The notes: generated by a model not told the origin, from the letters alone. A stretch of 64,000 nucleotides of DNA from an uncultured Azospirillum sp. (GCA_900539605.1 UQCS01000006.1:4601-68600), one strand, 5' to 3'. Positions 44,709 through 53,656 are shown, counted from the stretch's first letter. Numbers and translations: made by a program.

Positions 44709-45773
44709 ATGTTTTTCATCAAAAAGTTAATCCTCGGTTTGGCGGCAGTCATCTTGATTTATGTCGGCGGCAACGGTACTCAAAGCTCAAACCTGCTGTT
44801 TCAGGGCGGCGGGTTTGTCGGCATGATCGTCGGATTCGTGGTTTTGTATATTTTTGCGAAGATGGTATGGCGGGCCATGGGCTGTCTGCCGGTTTTGCTG
44901 ATCATTTGCCTTATTGTCGGTTTTATCCTTTACGCAATCGGCGCTTTTAACAACGGTGTCGAAAATGTGGTGCCGAATGTTCTGAACTTCCTCGGCGCTG
45001 GGCGCCATACGGCAGCCGGAAGTGTGGTGCAGGCCAACGCTTCGGCTGAACCGGCGGTTCCGGAAATCGTTGAACCTTCCCCGGCTGTCCCGTTACTTAA
45101 CGAAAACTTCGACGAAGTGAGCCCGGTTGCTTCTGAACCAACAACCGCGCCGGCAGCGGTTCAGCCGGCGGCAGCACCGGCAGCACGTCAAGAACCGCAA
45201 CCGATCGAATCGGAGAGTGGGTTGGGGCGTCTTTTGAGCAGTCTGACCGGAAAATCTGCCGAACCGACAGTACAACCGTCGTTTAACCCCAACAATTACC
45301 CCGCGGTTTATGGTGTTACAAAGGTGATTAACGGCGACACTCTGTTAATGGGCGGCCGCTATTTGCGGATTTACGGTATTGACGCTCCCGAATCAAACCA
45401 AACCTGTTCCGACGGAAAAGGACGTGCCTATCGTTGCGGGCAGGAAGCGGCCCGTTGGCTGAAAAGCTGGATTTCCGGCCATGAATTGGAATGCCATGTG
45501 ATCAAACAGGACTCCAAAGGCAACATGGTTGCCACCTGCGCGCTCGGACAATATGATATCGGCGCCGCACTGGTCAACGCCGGCTGGGCGGTTGCCGATC
45601 CCAAGCAGAGCAACATTTATTTTCCTTACGAACAACAGGCGCGGGAAAATGGTCGTGGTTTGTGGCAGGGACAGTTCTACAAACCCTGGGACTGGCGAGA
45701 AATTCAATCCAAAAAGCCCAAGATCAAAGTTATCAAGCCTAAAGGGCCGAAAAAAAGTCTACTCGATCTGTAG
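44709..45773 (+). CDS. membrane-anchored staphylococcal-nuclease (SNase/thermonuclease) domain protein
   Basis: 354 aa. 3 N-terminal TM segments, Pro/Ala-rich linker. C-terminal SNase fold (VINGDTLLMGGRYLRIYGIDAPE ... NAGWAV ... ARENGRGLW). Confidence 0.75.
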   Translation: MFFIKKLILGLAAVILIYVGGNGTQSSNLLFQGGGFVGMIVGFVVLYIFAKMVWRAMGCLPVLLIICLIVGFILYAIGAFNNGVENVVPNVLNFLGAGRHTAAGSVVQANASAEPAVPEIVEPSPAVPLLNENFDEVSPVASEPTTAPAAVQPAAAPAARQEPQPIESESGLGRLLSSLTGKSAEPTVQPSFNPNNYPAVYGVTKVINGDTLLMGGRYLRIYGIDAPESNQTCSDGKGRAYRCGQEAARWLKSWISGHELECHVIKQDSKGNMVATCALGQYDIGAALVNAGWAVADPKQSNIYFPYEQQARENGRGLWQGQFYKPWDWREIQSKKPKIKVIKPKGPKKSLLDL

Positions 45774-45780
45774 GTGAAAT

Positions 45781-46233
45781 ATGAAGCAATCCAAGAGTTG
45801 GTTTTGTGCCGAAGAAAAAGATACCTCAGCGTTGGGACGTCAGCTGGCGGCGATTGCCCGCCGCGGCGACTGTTTTGTCCTTAACGGAACCCTCGGAATG
45901 GGAAAAAGCGTACTGTGCCGCGCCTTTATCCAGAAATTGACCGCTGCGGCGGAAGTTCCCAGTCCAACCTTTACTCTGGTACAAAGCTACACGGCCGATG
46001 ATTTTGAGATTTTTCATTTTGATCTTTATCGTCTTAAGTCGCCGGAAGAGATTTTTGAATTGGGGATGGAAGAAGCGCTTTATGACGGCGTCTGCTTGAT
46101 TGAGTGGCCTGAGAAAATGGGGCCTTATCTGCCTCGTCAGGCAATTGTAATTGATATTGTGCCGGAAAACGGCGGCCGCCGGGTCACCGTTACTTTTCCA
46201 GAACCGGCTGAAAGGTTGGCTTCTCTTGACTGA
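45781..46233 (+). CDS. tsaE: tRNA t6A37 biosynthesis ATPase TsaE (YjeE)
   Basis: 150 aa. P-loop GTLGMGKSVLCR, SPTFTL, HFDLYRL motifs. Confidence 0.85.
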   Translation: MKQSKSWFCAEEKDTSALGRQLAAIARRGDCFVLNGTLGMGKSVLCRAFIQKLTAAAEVPSPTFTLVQSYTADDFEIFHFDLYRLKSPEEIFELGMEEALYDGVCLIEWPEKMGPYLPRQAIVIDIVPENGGRRVTVTFPEPAERLASLD

Positions 46234-46654
46234 AACACGTAATATACATGCAACTTGTATCAACTACAGGGACTGCGGAATTTTGATCACCGGCTCTTCC
46301 GGCAGCGGGAAATCCGATCTGGCGCTGAGAATGATTATGGATAAAGGGGCCACTCTGGTTGCCGACGACCGCACCGACTTGACCCCGGTTAAAAACCGTT
46401 TGCGTGCTTCCTGTCCCGAAAATATTTCCGGCCTGCTTGAAGTTCGCGGGCTGGGCGTATGCCGTTTTAAGCCTTCGGAGCCGGTTGATGTCGACCTGGT
46501 GGTGGAGTTGGTTCCCGCCGATCAGAAAATAGAACGGATGCCGCAAGTGGAAACGGCGCAATTTGAAGGAATCACAATTCCCAAAATCAGGCTTCACGGC
46601 TTTGAAATATCGGCAATTGACAAGATTATTCTCGCCTGTTACCAAAACAAATAG
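46226..46654 (+). CDS. hprK: short HPr kinase/phosphorylase (C-terminal catalytic domain only, alphaproteobacterial type)
   Basis: P-loop GSSGSGKSDLAL, LVADDRT, LEVRGLGV. Start uncertain: TTG 46226 (8-nt overlap with tsaE) is preferred over the listed ATG 46151, which would overlap tsaE by 83 nt. Confidence 0.7.
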   Translation: MTETRNIHATCINYRDCGILITGSSGSGKSDLALRMIMDKGATLVADDRTDLTPVKNRLRASCPENISGLLEVRGLGVCRFKPSEPVDVDLVVELVPADQKIERMPQVETAQFEGITIPKIRLHGFEISAIDKIILACYQNK

Positions 46655-46715
46655 ACCTTGCTTTCTTACCCATGGTATTTTAATATAACTCCGATCAACA
46701 AGATTTGAGGACAAA

Positions 46716-47513
46716 ATGATGCAGCATCACAGATATCTGGAAAATTTTTTACGGGCGCTCGGCAAACCCCTGGTTGTGTTTATATCCCGAGTCGGCCAAC
46801 TTTCGGAATTCATCGCCAGAGCGTTATACAATACCGTAACGCCGCCGTTTTATCCCAAGCTTTTGCTGCGTCAAATCGTCGATATCGGTTTTTACTCTCT
46901 GCCGGTGGTAGCTTTGACGACAATTTTTGCCGGAATGGTGATTGCTTTGCAAACGCATGCCGGTTTTTCCAGCTACGGCGCCGAAAGCGCGATTGCTTCG
47001 GTGGTGCTGATCTCGGTTACGCGGGAACTGGCACCGGCTTTTGCCGGTTTGATGGTGGCCGGCCGCATCGGCGCGGCGATGGCTGCCGAGATCGGAACCA
47101 TGCGGGTAACCGAACAAATTGATGCTCTGTCAACCCTGTCAACCAACCCTTACAAATATTTGGTGGCGCCGCGTCTTTTGGCCGGTGTGATCGTGTTACC
47201 GCTTTTGGTGTTGATCGGTGACGTGATTGGCATTTTCGGCGGTTATATTGTTGCGGTTTATCAGTTGGATTTCAATCCGGCCAACTATATCAACGCCACC
47301 GTCAACGAACTGCAGCCGATTGACATTGTCACCGGGGTGGTCAAGGCGGCAGTGTTCGGTTTTATCATTTCCCTGCTTGGCTGCTATAACGGCTACAAGT
47401 CCAAAGGCGGGGCTCAGGGCGTGGGCGAAGCGACTACCAACGCGGTTGTGGCGGCATCGATCATCATCTTAATATTCAATTACATCATTACCGGCCTCTT
47501 TTTTACCAAATAA
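46716..47513 (+). CDS. mlaE: phospholipid ABC transporter permease MlaE
   Basis: 265 aa. MlaE/YrbE family blocks (RELAPAFAGLMVAGRIGAAMAAEIGTMRVTEQIDAL). Confidence 0.85.
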   Translation: MMQHHRYLENFLRALGKPLVVFISRVGQLSEFIARALYNTVTPPFYPKLLLRQIVDIGFYSLPVVALTTIFAGMVIALQTHAGFSSYGAESAIASVVLISVTRELAPAFAGLMVAGRIGAAMAAEIGTMRVTEQIDALSTLSTNPYKYLVAPRLLAGVIVLPLLVLIGDVIGIFGGYIVAVYQLDFNPANYINATVNELQPIDIVTGVVKAAVFGFIISLLGCYNGYKSKGGAQGVGEATTNAVVAASIIILIFNYIITGLFFTK

Positions 47514-47531
47514 CCGGCGGAGCTCACGAAT

Positions 47532-48302
47532 ATGGATCAGAATATCAACAAAATAGAAGTTAAAAATCTGCATAAAGCCTTTGGTCGCAAAAAGGTGTTG
47601 GACGGGGTGGACGTCTCGATCAAAAAAGGCGAATCTCTGGTTGTAATCGGCGGTTCCGGCACCGGAAAATCGGTGTTGATTAAATGTATTCAGGGTTTGA
47701 TTACACCCGATTCCGGTTCGATTAAAATTGACGGCGTCGAGACCGTGGGCGTCCCGCGGCAGGATAATGAAAAACTCTATTCAACGATGGGGATGCTGTT
47801 TCAGGGCGGTGCTTTGTTTGACAGTTTGACGGTATGGGAAAACGTTGCTTTCGGGTTGCTGGAAAATCAAAAAATGCCGCGTCGGCAGGCACGCGAAAAA
47901 GCGATAGAAGTGCTGCGGCAGGTCGGGCTCAGTGCCGATGTTGCCGATTTGGCACCGTCCGAGCTTTCGGGCGGTATGCAAAAACGGGTTGGTTTAGCGC
48001 GAGCGGTAGCCATCCGGCCGGAAATCATCTTTTTTGATGAGCCGACCACCGGGTTGGATCCGATTATGGCCGATGTCATCAACGATTTGATCATTGCTTC
48101 GGTCAAGGAACTCGGCGCCAGCGCTCTGACGATTACCCATGACATGATTTCTGCACGTAAAATTGCCGATCGCATTGCAATGCTCTATCAGGGAAAAATC
48201 ATTTGGCAGGGAACGGTTGCCGAACTGGACACCACCGACAATCCTTATGTTTGTCAGTTTGTTAACGGCTGTTCCAAAGGACCGATCAAAGTGGAGGTTT
48301 AG
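47532..48302 (+). CDS. mlaF: phospholipid ABC transporter ATP-binding protein MlaF
   Basis: 256 aa. Walker A GGSGTGKS, signature LSGGMQKRV, Walker B IIFFDEP. Confidence 0.85.
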   Translation: MDQNINKIEVKNLHKAFGRKKVLDGVDVSIKKGESLVVIGGSGTGKSVLIKCIQGLITPDSGSIKIDGVETVGVPRQDNEKLYSTMGMLFQGGALFDSLTVWENVAFGLLENQKMPRRQAREKAIEVLRQVGLSADVADLAPSELSGGMQKRVGLARAVAIRPEIIFFDEPTTGLDPIMADVINDLIIASVKELGASALTITHDMISARKIADRIAMLYQGKIIWQGTVAELDTTDNPYVCQFVNGCSKGPIKVEV

Positions 48303-48303
48303 A

Positions 48304-49677
48304 ATGGCAAAAAAAGGCGGAACCGAATACGCATGCCAAAATTGTGGCGCCGTTTATCCGAAATGGCAGGGAAAATGCGATGCCTGCGGTGAATGGAATA
48401 CCATTGTTGAAGAAAAGGTCGGCGGTGAAGGTTTTTCCAACTTTAATCCTAAGAAAAAGGGCAATCTGCTTGATTTTGTCTCACTGAGCGGCACACCGCA
48501 GGTCTTGCAGCGCCTGCATACCAACATCATGGAACTTGACCGTGTCTGCGGCGGCGGTCTGGTCCCGGGTTCGGTGATTTTGGTCGGCGGCGACCCCGGC
48601 ATCGGTAAATCGACTTTGCTGTTGCAGGTTTGTGCCCGTATTGCCGATCTGCCCGAACGTCCTGAATGTTATTACATTTCCGGCGAAGAAGCCGCCGATC
48701 AGGTCAAAATCCGCGCCAAACGGCTTGAACTTGAAAACGCGCCGGTCAATCTGGCTTCGGCCACCGATGTCAAAGACATTGTCACTACTTTGGAAAAAAC
48801 CGATGCCGCAGTGGTGGTGATTGATTCGATTCAGACCATGTATCTGGAGGAAGCAGAATCTACACCCGGCAGTGTTTCGCAAGTGCGTGCCTGTGCTTAT
48901 GAATTGATCAAACTAGCCAAGAAAAAAGGTTTTGTGCTGTTTTTAGTCGGTCATGTGACCAAACAGGGGTCCATTGCGGGGCCGCGCGTTCTGGAACATA
49001 TGGTCGATACGGTGCTCTATTTTGAGGGGGAACGCGGCCATCAGTTCCGGATTTTGCGGGCAGTCAAAAACCGTTACGGTGCTACCGACGAAATCGGTGT
49101 GTTTGAAATGCAGGATAAAGGCCTGGTCGAAGTCGAAAATCCTTCGGCACTGTTTTTAGCCGAACGGCAGGGTAATATTTCCGGTTCCTGCGTGTTTGCG
49201 GGCATTGAAGGTTCGCGGCCGGTGCTGGTGGAAATTCAGGCGTTGGTCAGCCAAACCGGCTATGCCAGTCCCAAACGGGCGGTCGTCGGCTGGGACAGCG
49301 GCCGCTTGTCAATGGTGCTGGCGGTTTTGGAAGCGCGCGGCGGTCTTAACCTGAGTTCTCAGGACGTGTATCTGAATATTGCCGGCGGTCTCAAGATATC
49401 GGAACCGGCGGCTGATCTGGCGGTTGCGATGGCAATCATCTCTTCTTTGACCAACCGCCCGTTGCCGGCGGATATGGTCATTTTCGGCGAAATCGGTCTT
49501 TCCGGTGAAATACGTGCTGTCAGTCAGCCCAACCTGCGCCTGAAAGAAGCTTATAAGCTGGGATTCCGTAGTGCGATTGTGCCTTCTCAGTATAAAAAAG
49601 ATAAAAAGAAAACCAATCTCGACATCAATCTCCACGAGATCGGCAATGTACAAAAGCTGATCAACTGGTTTAATTAG
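48304..49677 (+). CDS. radA: DNA repair protein RadA (Sms)
   Basis: 457 aa from MAKKGGTEYACQNCG (ATG 48304, 1 nt after the mlaF stop). Zn finger CxxC-x10-CxxC, Walker A GDPGIGKST, KNRYG motif, Lon-like C-terminal domain. Confidence 0.9.
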   Translation: MAKKGGTEYACQNCGAVYPKWQGKCDACGEWNTIVEEKVGGEGFSNFNPKKKGNLLDFVSLSGTPQVLQRLHTNIMELDRVCGGGLVPGSVILVGGDPGIGKSTLLLQVCARIADLPERPECYYISGEEAADQVKIRAKRLELENAPVNLASATDVKDIVTTLEKTDAAVVVIDSIQTMYLEEAESTPGSVSQVRACAYELIKLAKKKGFVLFLVGHVTKQGSIAGPRVLEHMVDTVLYFEGERGHQFRILRAVKNRYGATDEIGVFEMQDKGLVEVENPSALFLAERQGNISGSCVFAGIEGSRPVLVEIQALVSQTGYASPKRAVVGWDSGRLSMVLAVLEARGGLNLSSQDVYLNIAGGLKISEPAADLAVAMAIISSLTNRPLPADMVIFGEIGLSGEIRAVSQPNLRLKEAYKLGFRSAIVPSQYKKDKKKTNLDINLHEIGNVQKLINWFN

Positions 49678-49690
49678 GATAAAAAGAAGT

Positions 49691-50377
49691 ATGAACAGTC
49701 TTGACGTTGTTATTTTAATCATTGTCTTAATTTCGGCTCTGATCGCCCTCAACCGGGGTTTGATTAAAGAAGTTCTGTCAATTATCGGCTGGTTTCTCGG
49801 CATTGCGACGGTCATTTACCTGTTGCCGTACGTTCAGCCGTTGATGGAAGAGCATATCGAAAGCGAGATGATGGCGATTGTTGCTTCTTCGTTTACCATT
49901 CTGATTGTTTTTTTCATTATTTGGATTTATCTGACTTCAATCATTATCGGCAAGGTGCGTTCCAGCAAATTAAGCGGTATGGATCGGCTGCTGGGGCTGT
50001 TTTTCGGCATTCTGAGAGCTTTTTTGCTGGTTATCCTTCTCTACATACTGGCGGGTTGGATTATCCCCAAACAAAGCCAGCCGGAGAGCTTTAAGCAGTC
50101 GAAGTATTTTCAGCTGGCCGGTTCTTTTGCCGAACCGATCGAAAAACTGATTCCGCAGTCAACCAAAGATAAAGTGCATTCACGGGTAAACACCGACAAG
50201 GAAGTTTCTCCCGGTGTGGAATTGAACAGCGATCTGGATGATTTGTTCGAGAAACTGACCCAACCTCAGGTTAAAAAGAAAGAAGTCAAACAACCGGTTA
50301 CCGACAAGTCCAAAGGCTATAACAAATCGGAACAGAAAAGCCTTGACCGGTTGATCGAAATGACGGTTGAAGAATAG
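49691..50377 (+). CDS. cvpA: CvpA-family membrane protein
   Basis: 228 aa. 4 TM segments with the CvpA N-terminal pattern (DVVILIIVLISALIALNRGLIKEVLSIIGW). The radA-cvpA order is common. Confidence 0.75.
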   Translation: MNSLDVVILIIVLISALIALNRGLIKEVLSIIGWFLGIATVIYLLPYVQPLMEEHIESEMMAIVASSFTILIVFFIIWIYLTSIIIGKVRSSKLSGMDRLLGLFFGILRAFLLVILLYILAGWIIPKQSQPESFKQSKYFQLAGSFAEPIEKLIPQSTKDKVHSRVNTDKEVSPGVELNSDLDDLFEKLTQPQVKKKEVKQPVTDKSKGYNKSEQKSLDRLIEMTVEE

Positions 50378-50379
50378 TT

Positions 50380-50916
50380 TTAGGGGAACAGCGACAACAA
50401 AACCGAAACCGGCAGGTACAGCAGATTATAGGCATTGCCGGTCTGTGCGGTATAATTAAGCTCGCGCTGAACAATGTTCATTTGGCGGTCGGAAATGTAA
50501 CGCGGTGCAAAACCGCCGCCGGAAAGGGTTGCGTTTATAGGCGGCGTATACCGGTTGCGGGTGACCGGAACAATTTGATCCGATTTAATAAACTTGCGGT
50601 ATTTGGAGGCGGAGATCCGGTTCAGACAACCGGGATTGCGCCGGGCACCGGCCAAAATAAAAGAATTGTATGCCTGATAGTCGTTACGTTTGATGGCAGC
50701 GCATACGCCGGTATCACCAGCCGCATTGGGAGAATCGATTCTCAGGCCGCGATGCATGGCGCTTCGCAAAGCCGGAACATCACCGCGCGAGGCAGCGGCA
50801 TACATAGCTTCGAAAGAATGCGGCGAGGCGGCGGCCGTTGATGTCCAAAAAGCAATAACAACCGAAAAGCCGGCAATTATTTGTATTCCGAGATGATGAG
50901 ATTTTGTATGTTCCAT
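50380..50916 (-). CDS. secreted ankyrin-repeat-like protein
   Basis: 178 aa. Signal-peptide-like N-terminus (..AFWTSTAAASP). ~2 ANK-like repeats (AASRGDVPALRSAMHRGLRIDSPNAAGDTGVCAAIKRNDYQAYNSFILAGA). Hydrophobic C-terminal tail. Confidence 0.45.
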   Translation of the reverse strand: MEHTKSHHLGIQIIAGFSVVIAFWTSTAAASPHSFEAMYAAASRGDVPALRSAMHRGLRIDSPNAAGDTGVCAAIKRNDYQAYNSFILAGARRNPGCLNRISASKYRKFIKSDQIVPVTRNRYTPPINATLSGGGFAPRYISDRQMNIVQRELNYTAQTGNAYNLLYLPVSVLLSLFP

Positions 50917-50978
50917 GATAATTTCAGTTTGTTTGATCCAGCATAAATCCGCATTTGCCGCAAAGTATGAATATTTGC

Positions 50979-51575
50979 TTACAACAAAGCCTTCCGCGAA
51001 TTGATTGCCAGCTGAATTGTACCTTCGTCCATATAATCAAGCTCGGCACCGACCGGAATTCCCTGAGCAAGGGTGGTGACTTTGGTTTCAAAACCTTTTA
51101 ACCGGCTGACAAGATAATGCGAAGTAATTTGCCCGTCGACCGTTGCCGGAAGCGCCAAAATAACTTCCGCAGTCTGTTCATGCTCAATCCGGTTGAGCAG
51201 GGCGTCAATATTTAGGTCTTCGGGCGAAACGCCGTCCAGAGCCGATAAAACACCGCCCAGAATATGATATTTGCCTTTGTAAAAACCGACACGTTCCATT
51301 GCCCATAAATCGGCAACGTCCTGTACCACGCAAATGGTTTGGTTGTCTCTTTTCTCCGAAGTGCAGACCGAGCAGGGCGAGTCGGTGTCGTAATTACCGC
51401 AAACTTTACAGGTTTTAATATTTTCAGCCACGCTTTGCAGAGCCTCTATCAACGGCAGCAAAACAGTTTCGCGCTTTTTCAGCAGATGAAGTACAATCCG
51501 CCGCGACGACCGCGATCCCAGCGCCGGCAGTTTGGCAATGATTTTGACCAGTTTTTCTATTTCCTGACCGGACAA
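50979..51575 (-). CDS. recR: recombination protein RecR
   Basis: 198 aa. HhH N-terminus, C4 zinc finger (CKVCGNYDTDSPCSVC), Toprim domain. Confidence 0.9.
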   Translation of the reverse strand: MSGQEIEKLVKIIAKLPALGSRSSRRIVLHLLKKRETVLLPLIEALQSVAENIKTCKVCGNYDTDSPCSVCTSEKRDNQTICVVQDVADLWAMERVGFYKGKYHILGGVLSALDGVSPEDLNIDALLNRIEHEQTAEVILALPATVDGQITSHYLVSRLKGFETKVTTLAQGIPVGAELDYMDEGTIQLAINSRKALL

Positions 51576-51586
51576 TTTCTGTCTCC

Positions 51587-51907
51587 TTAAAATGGAAGTT
51601 TAAGACCGCCCAGATTAAGGCCGCCCGTTACGTCTTTCATTCCCTCGCTCATCATCGCGTCAACTTTGCCTTGGGCATCGTTAAAAGCAGCCAAAATCAG
51701 GTCTTCGAGAATGTCTGTTTCTTCCGGGTTAAGCAAACTGGGATCAATTTCCACTTTTTTGGCCTCAAATTTACCGTTAAGAGTAACTTTGACCATCCCG
51801 CCGCCGCTGGATCCGATCACTTCGGTTTCGGCCAGCTTTTTTTGTGCTTCTTCCATTTTTTTCTGCATCATCTGGGCTTGTTTCATAATTCCCTGCATAT
51901 TCATCAT
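51587..51907 (-). CDS. ybaB: nucleoid-associated protein YbaB/EbfC
   Basis: 106 aa. MQKKMEEAQKKL...GGMVKVT..G pattern. The conserved dnaX-ybaB-recR order. Confidence 0.85.
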   Translation of the reverse strand: MMNMQGIMKQAQMMQKKMEEAQKKLAETEVIGSSGGGMVKVTLNGKFEAKKVEIDPSLLNPEETDILEDLILAAFNDAQGKVDAMMSEGMKDVTGGLNLGGLKLPF

Positions 51908-51913
51908 GACTGT

Positions 51914-53644
51914 TTAATCCTCACTGTTAAAAAAATCTTCGTTGTTGCTAAATATGTCGGCACTTTCACCTTCTTGGTCTTCCGGCGTCGCCTTACGGGT
52001 CAGGTTTTCAATTCGGGCACCGCGGAACTCGTCAAGGATCGCCTTGACTAAAGGCGTCTCGGCAATGTTTTTTTTGTCTTTTTCTTTTTGTTCGTTTTCT
52101 GCATCGGCAATTGTACGGCCCACTTCGCCCGGAATGATGTCGAGCGCCCATTTGGCGCCGGTCGTTTCTTCGAGAAACTTGTTGACGGCACTCAGCGTCT
52201 CGTTGCTTACCCGGTCGGCGGCTTTGAATTTGATGCTGCCGACAGCAAATTCGCAAACTTCGATATCATGTCTCAGGGTGTAAGCAAGACGAGGCTGTTT
52301 GTTGGCTTCCAACAATTTGATCAGACCGGTGATATCGTTAAACGGCGCCTTGACGGTGTTGGTAGCCGGTACATCGGCTGAAGGAATGGTTGTCTGTTGT
52401 CGTGATGGTGATTGGATAGCCGCCGTCGTTATCACCGGTATGGCCGGTGCAACCGGCTGAAGACGATTTAGTTCAGATTTTTTTTTTACGCTTTCCAGCA
52501 GTTCGGCGGGAGAAGGCAGGTTGGCGGAATAAGCGATCCGGATCAAAATCATCTCCAGAGCATCAATCGGTACCGGTGCCGTTTGGAGTTCGCTCATTCC
52601 CTTGATCAGCATTTGCCATATTTTGGAGAGGGTGGCAATACTCAGCTTGGCGGATGTTTCTTTTAGAAAGTTGCGGTCATTTTCCGACAAGGAGGGATCT
52701 TTAATAAAACCCGGCAGCAGCAAAACTTTGGTCAGAGCATGGGTTAAGTTTATCAAATCGCCGATCATTGCCGACGGGTTGGCACCGTTTTTGTACATTT
52801 CCTGCAATTTACCGAGCAAAGCAGCCATATCGCCGCCGATCATCTGGTTAAAAAGCTCAAAAGTTTGACCGCGGTCAGCCATTCCGAGCATTTCTTTAAC
52901 AACGTCGATCCGCACTTTGCCGCTGCCGAGCGAAATCGCCTGGTCCAAAAGGGATAAACCGTCGCGGGCCGAACCGTCGGCCGCGGCCGCAATCATATGC
53001 AGCGCTTCGTCATCGGCTTTGAGGTTTTCGGCATTGACGATCTTGTTAAACAGTTTCAGAAGGTCTTCAATCGACAATCGCTGCAAATCAAAACGCTGGC
53101 AGCGTGACAAGACAGTTACCGGAACTTTGCGGATTTCGGTGGTGGCAAAGATAAATTTGACATGTGCCGGCGGTTCTTCCAACGTTTTCAGTAAAGCGTT
53201 GAAAGCGCTTTTGGAAAGCATGTGGACTTCGTCGATGATGTAGATTTTATAACGACAGTTGGTCGGTTTGTAACGAACGCCGTCCAAAATATCGCGGATG
53301 TCGTCCACCCCGGTGCGCGAAGCGGCATCCAGTTCCAGAACGTCGATATTGCGCCCGGCAGCAATCGATTTGCAGTTTTCGCAAATGCCGCAGGGGTGGG
53401 TTGTCGGTCCGCCGTTGCCGTCAGGACCGGTACAATTGAGGGCCTTGGCAATCAAACGGGCAGTGGTGGTTTTGCCGACGCCGCGGATGCCGGTCAGAAT
53501 ATAAGCATGGTGCAGGCGGTTATTGTTGATGGCGTTGGTCAGGGTTTGCACCAGCGCTTCCTGTCCCAGCAGGTCTTCAAAATTCTGCGGACGATACTTG
53601 CGGGCTAAAACCACATATTGCTCTTGTTTGTCTTCTTCGGCCAT
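51914..53644 (-). CDS. dnaX: DNA polymerase III subunits tau/gamma
   Basis: 576 aa. AAA+ clamp-loader motifs (GIRGVGKTTTAR, Zn module CGICENC, IIDEVHML, SRC motif LSRCQRF). Confidence 0.9.
   Translation of the reverse strand: MAEEDKQEQYVVLARKYRPQNFEDLLGQEALVQTLTNAINNNRLHHAYILTGIRGVGKTTTARLIAKALNCTGPDGNGGPTTHPCGICENCKSIAAGRNIDVLELDAASRTGVDDIRDILDGVRYKPTNCRYKIYIIDEVHMLSKSAFNALLKTLEEPPAHVKFIFATTEIRKVPVTVLSRCQRFDLQRLSIEDLLKLFNKIVNAENLKADDEALHMIAAAADGSARDGLSLLDQAISLGSGKVRIDVVKEMLGMADRGQTFELFNQMIGGDMAALLGKLQEMYKNGANPSAMIGDLINLTHALTKVLLLPGFIKDPSLSENDRNFLKETSAKLSIATLSKIWQMLIKGMSELQTAPVPIDALEMILIRIAYSANLPSPAELLESVKKKSELNRLQPVAPAIPVITTAAIQSPSRQQTTIPSADVPATNTVKAPFNDITGLIKLLEANKQPRLAYTLRHDIEVCEFAVGSIKFKAADRVSNETLSAVNKFLEETTGAKWALDIIPGEVGRTIADAENEQKEKDKKNIAETPLVKAILDEFRGARIENLTRKATPEDQEGESADIFSNNEDFFNSED
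52478..52487 (-). other. A10 homopolymer in dnaX (codons V386-K389), candidate slippage site
   Basis: The coding strand reads GTA AAA AAA AAA TCT GAA CTA AAT. The -1 frame reads ATC TGA and the +1 frame reads CTG AAC TAA. Confidence 0.35.
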
Positions 53645-53656
53645 CGTTATCTTTTC

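Noticed and set aside
46151-46225. ATG 46151 as the hprK start
   Set aside because: It would overlap tsaE by 83 nt and add about 25 residues that do not resemble short HprK N-termini. The in-frame TTG at 46226 is preferred, though it remains unverified.
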